A DNA stretch of 64,000 bases, taken from positions 3,472,001 through 3,536,000 of the forward strand of contig CM030337.1 of assembly GCA_017654855.1 (NCBI GenBank). Reading direction: 5' to 3'. This DNA is from Podospora anserina (lineage: Eukaryota). The position numbers were made by a program, and so were the translations under genes. Numbering within the stretch: the first letter of the stretch is position 1; every line of letters starts with the position of its first letter. Positions 29,830-41,195 of this stretch are shown here, piece after piece. Below the pieces are notes generated by a model. That model was given only the letters and a program-made list of their open reading frames with translations. It ran no database searches and was not told where the DNA came from.

Positions 29830-31695
29830 ATGTCTTCAACAGCAGAATCAGCCTCAAACGTGGCAGGAATCAGCTCTGCCGGAATGTTGTATGAATATGC
29901 ACCCCTGCCCGAGAGTAACGCATTTCGCGTCCTGATTCTAGAGCCCGGTGGAGTTGACGACACCCTGTGCTGCTCTCTTGAGATAACAACCCTCAACAAA
30001 CCCATCCCGTACGAAGCCATCTCGTATGTATGGGGAAACACGCATCGGGACCACCCCATCCGCATCAACGGCCGAGCCGGCCACATCACCGCCAACCTCT
30101 GCCGCGCGTTGCATCGGATGCGTTTACCCGACCAGTCCCGCGTCCTCTGGGCGGATTCCATCTGCATCAACCAAGACGACCTGACGGAGCGGGCGAGCCA
30201 AGTACTGTTGATGAGTGAAATTTACGGGCAGGCAAGACGGGTGCTGCTGCACCTTGGTGAAGACAGCAACCAGGAGGGTGAGGTGGTCCGGTCCTTGGTG
30301 CATGAAATCGAGGCCATGGTTCTTGAGGGGGTCAGAGCAGCCGGGGAGTCGTGGGACACATTTCCAACCCCCAGTCCGGAGGAGCGGGAGCAGTTCCTAG
30401 CAGACACGCGATGGGAGGCTTTCATCAACATGACGCATAAGCCATGGTTCACACGCGGTTGGGTGATCCAGGAGGCAGGTTCGGCGCGAAATGGGTTAAT
30501 GCTGTGGGGGAAGACCGAGATCAGTTGGCAGTCGTTCGTGCGCGCTTATACCTGGATGGTCCGGAGGCTTCCACAGGTTCGGGTCAAATACCGGGACGGT
30601 GGCCGGGGAATGAACCGGCTCCATCTCGAGATGTACCGGCTGAGGCACAAGGGGGAGACCATGCCGCTCTACGCGAAACAGTCATCCCAGTTTGACTTTC
30701 TCATCGTGCTCCATGATGCTCGGGCTCTCTATGTGCAGGACGCGCGGGATCGGGTGTATGCCTTCATGTCACTGGCAACCTCGGCCGGGCTAAGTCTCCA
30801 CTTCCAACCGGACTATTCTGAACACAAGACAGCCAGAGACGTCTATTTGGACATGGCGAGAGATTACGTCAACTCGATGGGGGATATCAGCCTGTTGCAT
30901 TGTGTACAACACACCGGGAACAGTATGAACGAAAAGTTTCCCTCATGGGTACCTCGATGGGATCTCAACCTATTCGACAACATCATCACTCACACGTCAG
31001 GCCCAGCTCTCATACCCACCGAGCTGAGACCTAGCGTTTCCCACGACAACGCCTTGGAAGCCAAGGGGCTCATGTTTGACGACATCATCTTCACGTCTGA
31101 TGTGCTTTCGCGAGATGTCTCCATGAGCGACATCAAAATGCTCTGGAACCAGATGCTCGACCTTCTCCCTGTGGCATTCACCAACCCGTCACCCACTCAT
31201 GGCAGTTTCGCAGCGTTATCATTTGCCCACGTGCTATCTGTGGGCCGATCATGGGGCGCTGAATGGCCCGAATGGGTGGAATGGAGGACCGCCTACATGG
31301 AGTACTTGTGCCAGGAAGAGCCTACAAGGCGGGATTCTGTCCCGCGGCCTCCTCCGGACAGTGCTAGGAATGGTATCCAAGGATTCCACACCTACGCTCA
31401 GTGGAACGTCCATAATCGACGTATTGCTGTCACGAAAAGAGGGCTTTTCGCGTTGGTCCCCTTGCCTACTCAGACTGGTGATATTTGCGGCGTGCTTCTC
31501 GGTGGGAAGGCGCCGTGCATATTGCGTAGAGCGATGACAGCTAGGACGTATCGGCTTGTTGGTGATGCGTGTATCCCTGTTAACGTATCACGTCCCAGCA
31601 CAGGTGGTGGATTAGTAGTCTCGGTCGGAATTGAGAACAGCGGAAGGGACTTGTTGGATTGGAGTGTTGAAGAGGAGGATATTCGACTTTGCTGA
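29830..31695 (+). CDS. HET-domain (heterokaryon-incompatibility, HET-6-like) protein, single exon
   Basis: YEAISYVWG, LWADSICINQ, QVLLMSEIYGQA, WFTRGWVIQE, D.RDRVYA, PSWVPRW, GDICGVLLGG..PCILR, LVGDA. Confidence 0.93.
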   Translation: MSSTAESASNVAGISSAGMLYEYAPLPESNAFRVLILEPGGVDDTLCCSLEITTLNKPIPYEAISYVWGNTHRDHPIRINGRAGHITANLCRALHRMRLPDQSRVLWADSICINQDDLTERASQVLLMSEIYGQARRVLLHLGEDSNQEGEVVRSLVHEIEAMVLEGVRAAGESWDTFPTPSPEEREQFLADTRWEAFINMTHKPWFTRGWVIQEAGSARNGLMLWGKTEISWQSFVRAYTWMVRRLPQVRVKYRDGGRGMNRLHLEMYRLRHKGETMPLYAKQSSQFDFLIVLHDARALYVQDARDRVYAFMSLATSAGLSLHFQPDYSEHKTARDVYLDMARDYVNSMGDISLLHCVQHTGNSMNEKFPSWVPRWDLNLFDNIITHTSGPALIPTELRPSVSHDNALEAKGLMFDDIIFTSDVLSRDVSMSDIKMLWNQMLDLLPVAFTNPSPTHGSFAALSFAHVLSVGRSWGAEWPEWVEWRTAYMEYLCQEEPTRRDSVPRPPPDSARNGIQGFHTYAQWNVHNRRIAVTKRGLFALVPLPTQTGDICGVLLGGKAPCILRRAMTARTYRLVGDACIPVNVSRPSTGGGLVVSVGIENSGRDLLDWSVEEEDIRLC

Positions 31696-32373
31696 GCGTG
31701 ACAACAGAGACAGATTGCTTTTGTAAGGTAATCTGACGATATACACCTAAGCAATGTTAGTTCAAATTGCTTTCATACCACGAGGCGTAAGCTTACTTGT
31801 AGCATGGTCTCTTATGTCACCCGAAGAACTGCCTACCTATCTCGAGGGCGTACACCATAAGGGTTTAACCCGGTAGCCGAAATACAAACACACACTCGGC
31901 GGCTCAACGCGTCAAGTGCGCATGTTGGGTAAGAAAGCCCATGCATGGAAAGTTGTCTGAGAAGGAATTTCGTTCTTGTGCCTCATTTGCAGCGTAATCA
32001 CGGCGGTCAGGCTTCCTGGACGGGCTCGCCGTCGCGGCGGATTTTGGTACGCAGCAGCTTTGGACGTCAGCCAACGGCCGAGCGGAGCCTGAGCCATGGA
32101 AAAAGCCCATGACACGGGACTGGATGGCGGGAATAAACGGCGCTCTGCGGAGATTTGAAAAGTGGACCCGGGACTGGTAGCGCTAAAGCCCGGGAAGGCA
32201 GGCGCCTAGGCTGGATTCTGGACCGATTTTGTGGACAACTGCCTGATACCAAAGTTCTCTTTGGCTGTATAAAACCTCTGCTTTGAAGGGGTTTTTTGTT
32301 GTATATTGTTATCTATACTTGCCCTTTTCAATAGCCCGTCTTGAACACCTCGATTTATTATTCCACAGCCAAA

Positions 32374-33650
32374 ATGCCAACCATTGTCGTCCTCGGGTGA
32401 GTCTCCGTGATCAAAGAGCCCCACATCGCCGGTGCCGGAACTGATAATGGGACCCAAACAGCGCCGGTGTGAGCGGCCTTACCTGTGCATTGGAGTTGGC
32501 GAAGCAGGGCGGGCATGAGATTACGGTTGTCGCGAAGCATATGCCTGGGGATTATGACATTGAGTATACTTCTCCCTGGGCGGGGGCGAACGTCCTGCCG
32601 TGAGTGTTGCTCAAACCTTTTGATCATGGCACTATTTGCTGATAAGTCTTGTAGAATGGCACTCGACAAGGACAGCCGATGGGAGAGACGGACTTGGCCT
32701 GTGTTGAGGAGGTTGGCGAAGGAGGTGCCCGAGGCTGGGTTGCATGTTCAGAGTGAGTTTTTTTTTTTTGAGCCTACCTTGCATATATACCAAGTGGTGA
32801 TTCTAACTGAAGGGGAAAAGCTGCCCGTGTTCTTCGCCGCGAGAAGGATGTTGCCACCGGCCTGAAAGCTGCCTTGGCCGACGGCCTCTTCCAATTCGAC
32901 CCCTGGTACAAGGAGGTTATGGACAACTTCCGCGAGATACCCGCTAATGAACTCCCCAAGGGCATGCACTCTGGTTGTGAGTTCATGTCTGTCTGTATCA
33001 ACACTGCGATCTACCTCCCGTGGCTCGTCGGCCAATGCGCCAAGTATGGGGTGCAGTTCAAAAGAGGGATTGTGAAGCATATCTCCCAGGCTCACAACCT
33101 CAGCCATACTGGGAAGAAGGCTGATATTGTGGTTAATGCTACTGGTGTTTTGGCCTGCAAGCTGGGGGGTGTGATGGACAAGGCTGTCTACCCGGCACGA
33201 GGGCAGATTGTTGTTGTTAGGAATGAGGCCAAGGGGTTCATGCCGACGAGCAGCGGGAGTGATGATGCGGATGATGAGATTATGTATGTGATGCAGCGTG
33301 CGTTGGGTGGAGGAACGATTTTGGGAGGGACCTATATGAGGCACAACTGGGACCCCAACCCAGATCCCAACATTGCTGTGCGCATTATGAAGCGCGCTGT
33401 GGAGGCGCATCCGGAGTTGACGGACGGGAAGGGGATTGAGGCGCTGAGCATTATCCGGCATGGTGTTGGGCTACGGCCAGCAAGAGAGGGTGGTGTCAGG
33501 ATTGAGAAGGAGAAGATTGATGGGACCTGGGTTGTTCACAATTATGGCCATGCTGGTTGGGGATACCAGGGCAGTTATGGGTGTGCTGAGAAGGTGGTGG
33601 AGCTGGTTGATGAGATTGTGAAGCAGGAGAAGCGGCAGTCAAAGCTGTGA
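32374..33650 (+). CDS. D-amino acid oxidase, peroxisomal (C-terminal SKL), multi-exon
   Basis: MPTIVVLG|AGVSGL, YTSPWAGAN, PARGQ, GLRPAR, VHNYGHAGWGYQGSYG, ..QSKL*. Confidence 0.95.
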
Positions 33651-33886
33651 TGGCGTTGCAATGAACATTGAATAATGATAATGACAACGACAAACAGAGC
33701 AGCTGCAAGATCATGTTTTGTTTTGCCAAATGAAGAGTTGCGATCAAATTGGTTGGTGGGAGTGCCACCAGTTGACAGCCAGGTGTCCACTGTAACTAGC
33801 CACCAGGTACCCAAGCTCCAAGCTGAGAGCTCCAGCAACGCGTCCTCTCGCGACGACCAACCTGAAGCTTCAGTAGCAACGCCAAC

Positions 33887-35283
33887 ATGACGGGCCGAAA
33901 ACCACCATTGCACCAGCAGGCCCTTGGGCTGGTGGGAGATATTTTGAATGGTCGTCATATGCTCTCTCAAGTCATTGCGCCCGCGCTCTTCCTGGCGGAT
34001 GCTGTCCTGTGCGCCTTGGTCATTCGACTGATACCCTGTAAGCTCTTGTTGCGCCAATCAGCCATATGTCCCAACTAACACTCTCTCTACCAAGACACCG
34101 AAATCGATTGGAAAGCATACATGGAGCAAGTGTCTCAATTTGTATCCGGCGAACGCGACTATACCAAAATCCGAGGAGGCACCGGCCCTCTGGTTTATCC
34201 TGCCGCCCATGTCTACACCTATACAGGATTGTACTACCTTACCGACGAGGGGAAGAACATCTTGCTGGCGCAAAAGCTGTTTGCAGTTCTCTATGTCGTC
34301 ACTTTGGGTGTTGTAATGAGGTGTTACCGCAATGCCAGGGTGAGCAAGAGGTATATCATCCAGTACGAGACCAGGCTGACATGTCGTAATAGGTGCCTCC
34401 CTACGTCCTTCCCCTCCTCATCCTCTCCAGGCGCCTGCATAGTATCTTTGTTCTCCGTTGTTTCAACGACTGTTTCGCCGTCCTTTTCCTGTTCCTCACC
34501 ATTCTTGCCTTCCAAAATCACTCGTGGCGAGCTGGTGTCCTATTCTACACATGGGGGTTGGGCATCAAAATGTCCCTACTGTTGGTGCTCCCCGCGGTGG
34601 GTATCATCCTACTCTTAGGGACCGGACTCAACTCAGCCCTGCAATCTGCGGCCATCATTGCATTGGTACAAGTGTTAATTGGAGTTCCATTCCTTGCCAA
34701 CAACCCGTGGGGCTACCTTGGGCGGGCCTTCGAGCTTTCTCGGCAGTTTTTCTTCAAGTGGACGGTAAACTGGCGTTTCATGGGAGAACAAGCTTTTCTA
34801 AGCAAGGAGTTCGCCCTGGTCCTTCTCGCGCTCCATGTTCTCGCCCTGCTTAGCTTCCTCACAAGTCGATGGCTCAAAGGGACCGGAAGATCGCTCTCTC
34901 ATATTATCACCTCAGTTCTCCAGGTTAAATCCCCTTTCCTACCGCAGGAACAAGAAGCCGTCGCCGAAGCCATCACGCCAGAGTACGTTATGACAACCAT
35001 ACTCTCAGCCAACGTCATCGGTCTGCTTTTCGCTCGCTCCCTTCACTACCAGTTTTACGCATATCTTGCCTGGTCGACCCCTTATCTCCTGTACAAAAGC
35101 CGCATCCACCCCGTTCTCCAATACATGCTGTGGGCTGCCCAGGAATGGGCTTGGAATGTCTATCCCAGCACGCCGTTCAGCTCGGGGGTCGTCATTGGTG
35201 TGATGGCAACAACCGTTGCGTCGGTATGGCTGGGAACAAAGCGCTCTGTACTATGGGTCGATAACGCTGAGAAGACGAAGTGA
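33887..35283 (+). CDS. ALG3: Dol-P-Man:Man5GlcNAc2-PP-Dol alpha-1,3-mannosyltransferase, 3 exons
   Basis: [58 protein letters not shown]. Confidence 0.96.
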
Positions 35284-35374
35284 TTGAGGGCTGGCGAACC
35301 CGTTCATGACTCCGCCGGCATGGCTTCATGTATGCTGGAAGTAGACGGAGACCCCGGCTCCATGCCCAGCTCGA

Positions 35375-35852
35375 TCAGCGCTCGTCTTCGTCCTCCGAAT
35401 CGCTTGGCGGCATCTTTCCCACGTTGGACTCTTCTTCGCTGTCCGAGTCGTCGTCGTAGGTCTTTTTCTCGAATTTCTTGGGCCTGCAATGTGTCAGCCT
35501 AATACCCAGCCAGCCTTGGGACAAAAGGACGGCACCAATAGGCTTGCTTCCTCCACTCCTTTTCATCGCGCACGATGTTGATGATTTCGCCAACCACTCT
35601 GCTGGCAGCAGGCCTTTCGGCGGCCGAAGCCAAGTCTACCAAGACATATCCACCTCTCTTGATGAAAATGGTACCGCGAAAGCGCGACTGGAGTTCGACG
35701 ACGATGGTCTTGGTGTTGGGCAGCTCGCAGATGTAAAGATTGTTGCCCTCGACTTGGAGTACGCGGGCGATGGATTGGGATTCGGTCAACTCTTCGGGAG
35801 GAGTAAGGGTCTCCTGCGCGGCCGCGAGAATGTTGCGCTTTGACTTGGCCAT
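35375..35852 (-). CDS. EIF1AD-like S1/OB-fold RNA-binding protein, 2 exons
   Basis: ARV...GNNLY, FRGTIFIKRGGYVLV, GEIINIV, YW|PKKF, acidic tail ..PPSDSEDE. Confidence 0.85.
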
Positions 35853-36587
35853 GGCTTGAAGGTGCTTTTGCTCGGGTTTGGGATCCTCTATGTGTCGCGA
35901 CCTGGGATGCAAATGCTGATTGCGATGACGACCTTTTCCCGTCTGCAGCTCAGTGGAAAATCAGTGCCCCGCAGTGGAATTTTTGGGTGTGGTGGGGCTT
36001 GGTTTACAAATCGACCTGGGGACTAACTTAATTCATTCCGATCAAACTGTTCAGTATACCTACGCCACCTAATCCAAAGGTGCCATCTTTGAACATGCCA
36101 TAGGCCAAAGCTTCGGCCCCCTCCAAAGCCACTCAAGGTCTACCGCCTCCGGGCCGAGTCCGGTATCGGGTCAGGGGCAATGCCGCCCGGATCCCCGCTG
36201 ACAAAGTGACTCTCAACGGAACGCACTGTGCCGACAGCGCAGATCCAAGATCCAGGGACCACCCACTGCTTCGGATCAAGATTTGCAGTGGGGTCAAAGA
36301 CCTGCGGTAACTACCTCCAAACGCCGTTGTCTTCTGGAAAAGCACGCAAAGTTCGGCCAAGAGCCCCAGCGCATACACCGATACTTCTTCAGTGCCGACT
36401 GCTGCCCAATCAAGGTCTTTTGCCCTTCGTTTTGAGACGACTTGGACAGCTCAGCGCCGGGATCTTCACTGCAGCCAGCTTTGCTCTTAGTAACAAGCAA
36501 CGCCCCCTCTTTGTACCTACTTATTGAGCCGGAAGGATAGATACTCCTTATTCTTCAACCTCACCCAGTCCGCTTTTGACCACAGCC

Positions 36588-37475
36588 ATGGGTTCTACTC
36601 TCGATATTGCGCTCCCGGCGCTCAAGACAAAACCCAAGTTCATTTTCTTTACCGACTTTGACGGTACTATCACCCAGCAAGACAGCAATGACTGGATGAC
36701 GGATAACCTTGGCTTTGGTGCTGAGCTCCGCAAGAAGGGCAACGAGGATGTTCTCTTTGGCCGCCGGGATTTCAGGGACTCTTTTGCCGACATGCTGGAC
36801 AGCATCAAGACACCATTCAACGAGTGCATTGAGCTCCTCCTCAAGAACATCACCCTGGACCCAGGATTCAAGCAGTTCTTTGAGTGGGCCAAGGAGAACA
36901 ATGTGCCCCTCGTGATCCTGAGCGGCGGTATGGAGCCCGTTATCAGAGCGTTGCTGGCCCACATGCTGGGCAAGGAGGAAGCCGAGACTTTGCAAATCGT
37001 CAGCAATGATGTTGCCCCCCGGCCAGGAAAGAGCGTCAACGAGGCCGGCGGCTGGCACATCGTTTACCACGATGATAGGTATGTTTCATCGCGTGGGGGT
37101 CGACGGTGGAGCTCGGAGATATGGTGCTGACGCCAGTCTAGTGGGTTCGGACATGACAAGTCCCTCGAAATTCGACCCTATGCCAGGCTCCCTGCTGAAG
37201 AGAGGCCGGTGCTCTTTTATGCTGGCGACGGCGTGTCGGATCTCTCCGCAGCCAAGGAGACGGATCTCCTGTTTGCCAAGTCTGGGAGAGGTACGTTTGG
37301 TTTCGTTTTGTGTCTTGCTGCTCATGCTGACCAGGCCTCAGATCTCGTATCGTATTGTGAGAGGGAGAACGTCCCCTTCACAACCTTCCAGGATTTCACC
37401 GAAATCCTGGCCACTGTCAAGGACATTGTGGCTGGCAAGACCACCGTCAAGGAGGCTGCAACGGGCAGAAAATAG
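36588..37475 (+). CDS. HAD-superfamily phosphatase (yeast YNL010W/Pyp1, MtnX-like), 3 exons
   Basis: FFTDFDGTIT..DSND motif I, LDPGFKQF, LSGGM, GHDKS, YAGDGVSDLSAA. Confidence 0.88.
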
Positions 37476-37623
37476 ACCGGTAAATGTTCTTATGCCAATC
37501 CAATAGACGAATAGACGTTTTAGAATTCACCTTTCATCCACATCATGACCACGCGCCTATGAGACAAACTTTTCCGAGGTATGTGACGAACTATTATCAT
37601 ATTTAATTATCATTTCTAGCCTA

Positions 37624-39204
37624 TTACAGCGACTGCCAGAATGTCAAGACGGCATCAACAAAGCGGTGTATTGGTCGCTGCTTCCAGGCCGACTTTTTCC
37701 ATCTTGCTACTGGCAGGAAGAACCACAGAAGGAGCATCAGCGCGTACAAGCCCAGCACAATCGGATGCAGCACCCATCTCCCAACAGGCCTGTTCAGGTT
37801 TCCGATGACAAAAGGCACGACCGCCCCACCGGCCATGCCAAACGCAGAAATGACGCCCATCGCGGCCGCCTTGGCTTCCTTATCCACCTTACCAAACGGT
37901 GGCCTACGTATCTCATTCTCGTCGAGCATTTTCATCACAACCCTCATCGCGCAGGGATATCCGGGGCCGATGAAGAACCCAACGAATGCTACCGACAAAC
38001 CGCTTGCAACAATGCCGCCCTTTAACAACCATATCAACAGCTGAAAGCCTGTGCAGAGCAGGATCAGAAAGTACACCAACACCTTGTTTCCCCCGGGCCA
38101 GAGCTCCCCCAGCGGTGTCAACACCACCCGTCCCAGCGTCACGCCGCCCCAGAACCCGGTCATGGTGTACCCGTATGTGTCCATCTTTTCCTGCGAGGCG
38201 GGGTGGCGGTGGTGGAGATACTCAGTTATCCAACCTGCGTTTGAGACCTCGGCGCCCTGGTAGCAGAAGATGAACAAGGCGGCGAAAACAACGAGCTTGG
38301 TGTCGGCTGGGAGGTGGGATCTGAGCCATTCTCCCGGGTTCGGTCTCCTCGCTTCCGTCGCCACTGCCGCGGCATTCCCTTCCTCCATTGTGCCCGCCGC
38401 GGGAGGCGCAACAACGGGGTGCTCCCTAAACGCCCAAAACAACAACATCGAGTTGATGAGACTCAGACACAGCGGAATGCTGTAAAACTGGCCGTAATCC
38501 AACCCCGTCTGCACAATCATTCTCGTGGCGATGAGCGGTCCGATTGTGGCGCCTAGGCCGTAGCAGGCGTGCGTTACCCCGAGGTAAAAGGTTGCTTTCC
38601 TCCGAAGTGAACCGCAGTAGACGTTGCCGATGGCGAAGTTGAAGCTGTTTCCGAAACCGAGAGGGAGGAAGGTTATTACTATTGCGGGGAGGGGAGCTGA
38701 GCAGGAGAAGGGGAGGTAGGAGAGGAAGACTAGGATGTTGGCCGATAGGAGGGTGATGTTGTCGTGGTTGAGGAAGGGTTTGAGGGAGCGGAGGGGGGAG
38801 ATGAGGGCTGCGCCGAGGATGAAGCCTACTGCTTGGGCGACCCAGAGGAGGGAGATAAGTTTATCGTCGGGGAGGGAGTGGAAGTGCTTCATTGGTTCGA
38901 TCAGGGGGCCGACGGAGGCGTCGGTTAGGCCTGCGGTTAGGGAGGCGAGGGAGAGGGCGGCTATGCGGTAGTGGTTTACGTCTGGGTTGATCAGGGGCGT
39001 TGGGTTGATGGGGGTGGTGGTGATGATGGGGGTTTGTTTCTCGAGGTCGTCGTTGTTGTTTGGGGAGGTGAGGTTGGCTGTGGAGGTTTGGGAAGCATCG
39101 GGGGTTGGCGCTGGGGTGATGTCGTTGAGGGCAGCAGGAGCCGGAGGGCCCGGCGGCTGCTGGCCGGTGTTGGCCATGGCTGCGGCTGTTGCGTTGTCGG
39201 CCAT
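37624..39204 (-). CDS. MFS transporter (Bsc6/fucose-permease-like)
   Basis: Multiple TM helices; G..DAS.GPLI, HACYGLGATIGPL, FIFCYQGAEVS, GFWGGVTLGR. Confidence 0.85.
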   Translation of the reverse strand: MADNATAAAMANTGQQPPGPPAPAALNDITPAPTPDASQTSTANLTSPNNNDDLEKQTPIITTTPINPTPLINPDVNHYRIAALSLASLTAGLTDASVGPLIEPMKHFHSLPDDKLISLLWVAQAVGFILGAALISPLRSLKPFLNHDNITLLSANILVFLSYLPFSCSAPLPAIVITFLPLGFGNSFNFAIGNVYCGSLRRKATFYLGVTHACYGLGATIGPLIATRMIVQTGLDYGQFYSIPLCLSLINSMLLFWAFREHPVVAPPAAGTMEEGNAAAVATEARRPNPGEWLRSHLPADTKLVVFAALFIFCYQGAEVSNAGWITEYLHHRHPASQEKMDTYGYTMTGFWGGVTLGRVVLTPLGELWPGGNKVLVYFLILLCTGFQLLIWLLKGGIVASGLSVAFVGFFIGPGYPCAMRVVMKMLDENEIRRPPFGKVDKEAKAAAMGVISAFGMAGGAVVPFVIGNLNRPVGRWVLHPIVLGLYALMLLLWFFLPVARWKKSAWKQRPIHRFVDAVLTFWQSL

Positions 39205-40300
39205 GATGTCAAACGTGCTACCTCTGCGCAGAGGTGATGGTGTTGAGGGCGAGCATGCGGTTAAGAGGCTTTTCTTTGAACGTGGCACAGATACGGACCG
39301 ACTAACACCTTAACTTTGATGAGGCTGAAGTTAACTCCCAACGTCAACGGCCCGGATGGTATATTCAAGGTTGCACCGATGGATCCCATCCAGAAACGAG
39401 AAGCATTCTATCAATGGTAAGTGGTTAGGATTGAGGGATGCTGCCGGCTTTTGTACTCTGCTACGGATACCATCGTATCTGCCGTGTGGCCCACTCACAC
39501 ACGCATTCACTGGCAGCACTCCTCATCGCTTTGCAAACGAAGGACGAGAATTGGGTCGCGAGTATCGAGACAGTGGTCCAGGGTCGCACCGAAACGGAAA
39601 CTCCGCGCGTCAGGGAAAAAGCTACAAGCCTGCAATTGACCCCCACCCACCCACTTTCTGTCAGTGGCTCGACGAACGACAGCGAAGACAGTTGCGCCGC
39701 CCAATCGATGACAGGGAACACTTGCGGTGGAGCTCCATCCTGGACGTGGCATACGGGCCGAATGAAGCGGGCGTCGCTCCGCCCACTGGTGGAGAGTTGA
39801 AGGGAAAGGCCGAGATCTGCCAGACGCCCTGTCGCGGTGTTAAGGTTTCACCAGGAGCCGCTCTGGAAGGCTGCGGGGCTTCCTGTTCAGTTGAAGCTTG
39901 CGAATGCCAATGTTTTTGTGTCGTCAGGGTTGGGGTTGGCGGTAGCCGACAGGGACGGACCTGACCCCCATTTAACCCCTGCTCACGGCTCACGGCATAG
40001 AACATCACTAATTCTTGCAACCACAAGTCAACCAACAAATCCTTCTTCAGCCCTATCAGACTTCAATGTTTGAGACACGGGTTCAAAGTCTAGGTCATTT
40101 TGCCCCGTCGCTAACCTCAACTTGTGGACCAGTCCCAAGACCTCCAGACTCTTTTAGCTCCGGTCAATAATGCGTCAAAAAGCTTGGCTGAGGGAGCCAC
40201 ATGGTAATTGCTCGTTCAAACTCCATGATGCGCCCAGAGAACAATTTTTGTCTATCCATATCACCCCAAGTCTTTCCCAATGTAAACAGTTATCTATCCA

Positions 40301-40326
40301 TCACCACCACCACCACCACCACCACC
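40301..40326 (+). repeat. (CAC)n microsatellite
   Basis: tcaccaccaccaccaccaccaccacc. Confidence 0.85.
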
Positions 40327-40340
40327 AACTATCTCTCCCC

Positions 40341-40715
40341 TCAAACAACAACAACCCTTAATTGTCGCCCAAAAACCCCAAAACTCTCCAACACCCCCTC
40401 CACATCGACCTCCAGCCCCTCGAGTTGCTCTTCCGTAACCCAGTTGTCATCACAGGCGATAACTGTGATGTCTCCCGACATGTCCGGTATAATCGCCGGC
40501 CGCAGTCCAAAATAGGAAAGTCCGCTTCGAAGGACTGCGGACTTGATGGCTTCCGGGAGACGGCTGTGGACCCAGAGCCAGACGAAGCGGTGGGTTATTT
40601 GAAGGTTATTGTCGGACTTGAAGTCGGCGAGGCGGCGGAGTTCCCTGTTGTGGGGGAAGCGGTGGTAGTCGAAGGGGGAGGGTTCGGAGGGGGGGGAGGG
40701 GCGGTAGTAGGACAT
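40341..40715 (-). CDS. Small hypothetical protein (124 aa)
   Basis: Good start context (CACAATG), protein-like composition, same C-rich 5'/G-rich 3' skew as real genes here. Confidence 0.5.
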   Translation of the reverse strand: MSYYRPSPPSEPSPFDYHRFPHNRELRRLADFKSDNNLQITHRFVWLWVHSRLPEAIKSAVLRSGLSYFGLRPAIIPDMSGDITVIACDDNWVTEEQLEGLEVDVEGVLESFGVFGRQLRVVVV

Positions 40716-41195
40716 TGTGGTGGGTTTGATGATGGCGTAGGTTCTCTGAGAGAGATGCTGGGGTGAGAACTTTCGAAAAAGTTATCTTGAGGGAGAGTGA
40801 GAGATCTTGCAGGAGGACAAGCTGGTGAGAGGGGGTAGGTAGGTATGGCTGCAAAGAGCAAAAGAGGGAACTCTGACAAGTCGTCAGTCAAAGTGGGAGT
40901 CTGTACTTGTCATTTTGTTTGCTGGAAAGATGTATATCAACATTGTGTGGTGGTGTGAGGCTCGATGTTTGCTGCGCATGTAGCCGTTTGACAGCTGGTA
41001 AGGCAGCTTTCACGTCATGTAATCTGAACTTTTCAAACATGCTCGAGTCACCGGCATGGCATGTTTTTCCAGGTCACGACTGTTTCAAATTTCCTTTTGT
41101 CAAAATGAGTATCGGAACTCGTTGAGGCTCTTGGGAGCCGTCGTCAAACTACAGATAGGTAAAAAGCCCTCTCCCCCCTCAGCGTGGCCACCCGC

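Noticed and set aside
36100..36500. GC-rich intergenic with an 8-bp stem (CCCACTGC/GCAGTGGG, 36262-36292); considered RNase P/MRP RNA or TPP riboswitch
   Set aside because: Conserved signature motifs not found; explained as a divergent promoter/UTR
39356..39964. 202-aa ORF upstream of the MFS gene
   Set aside because: No domain-like features; overlaps the probable promoter
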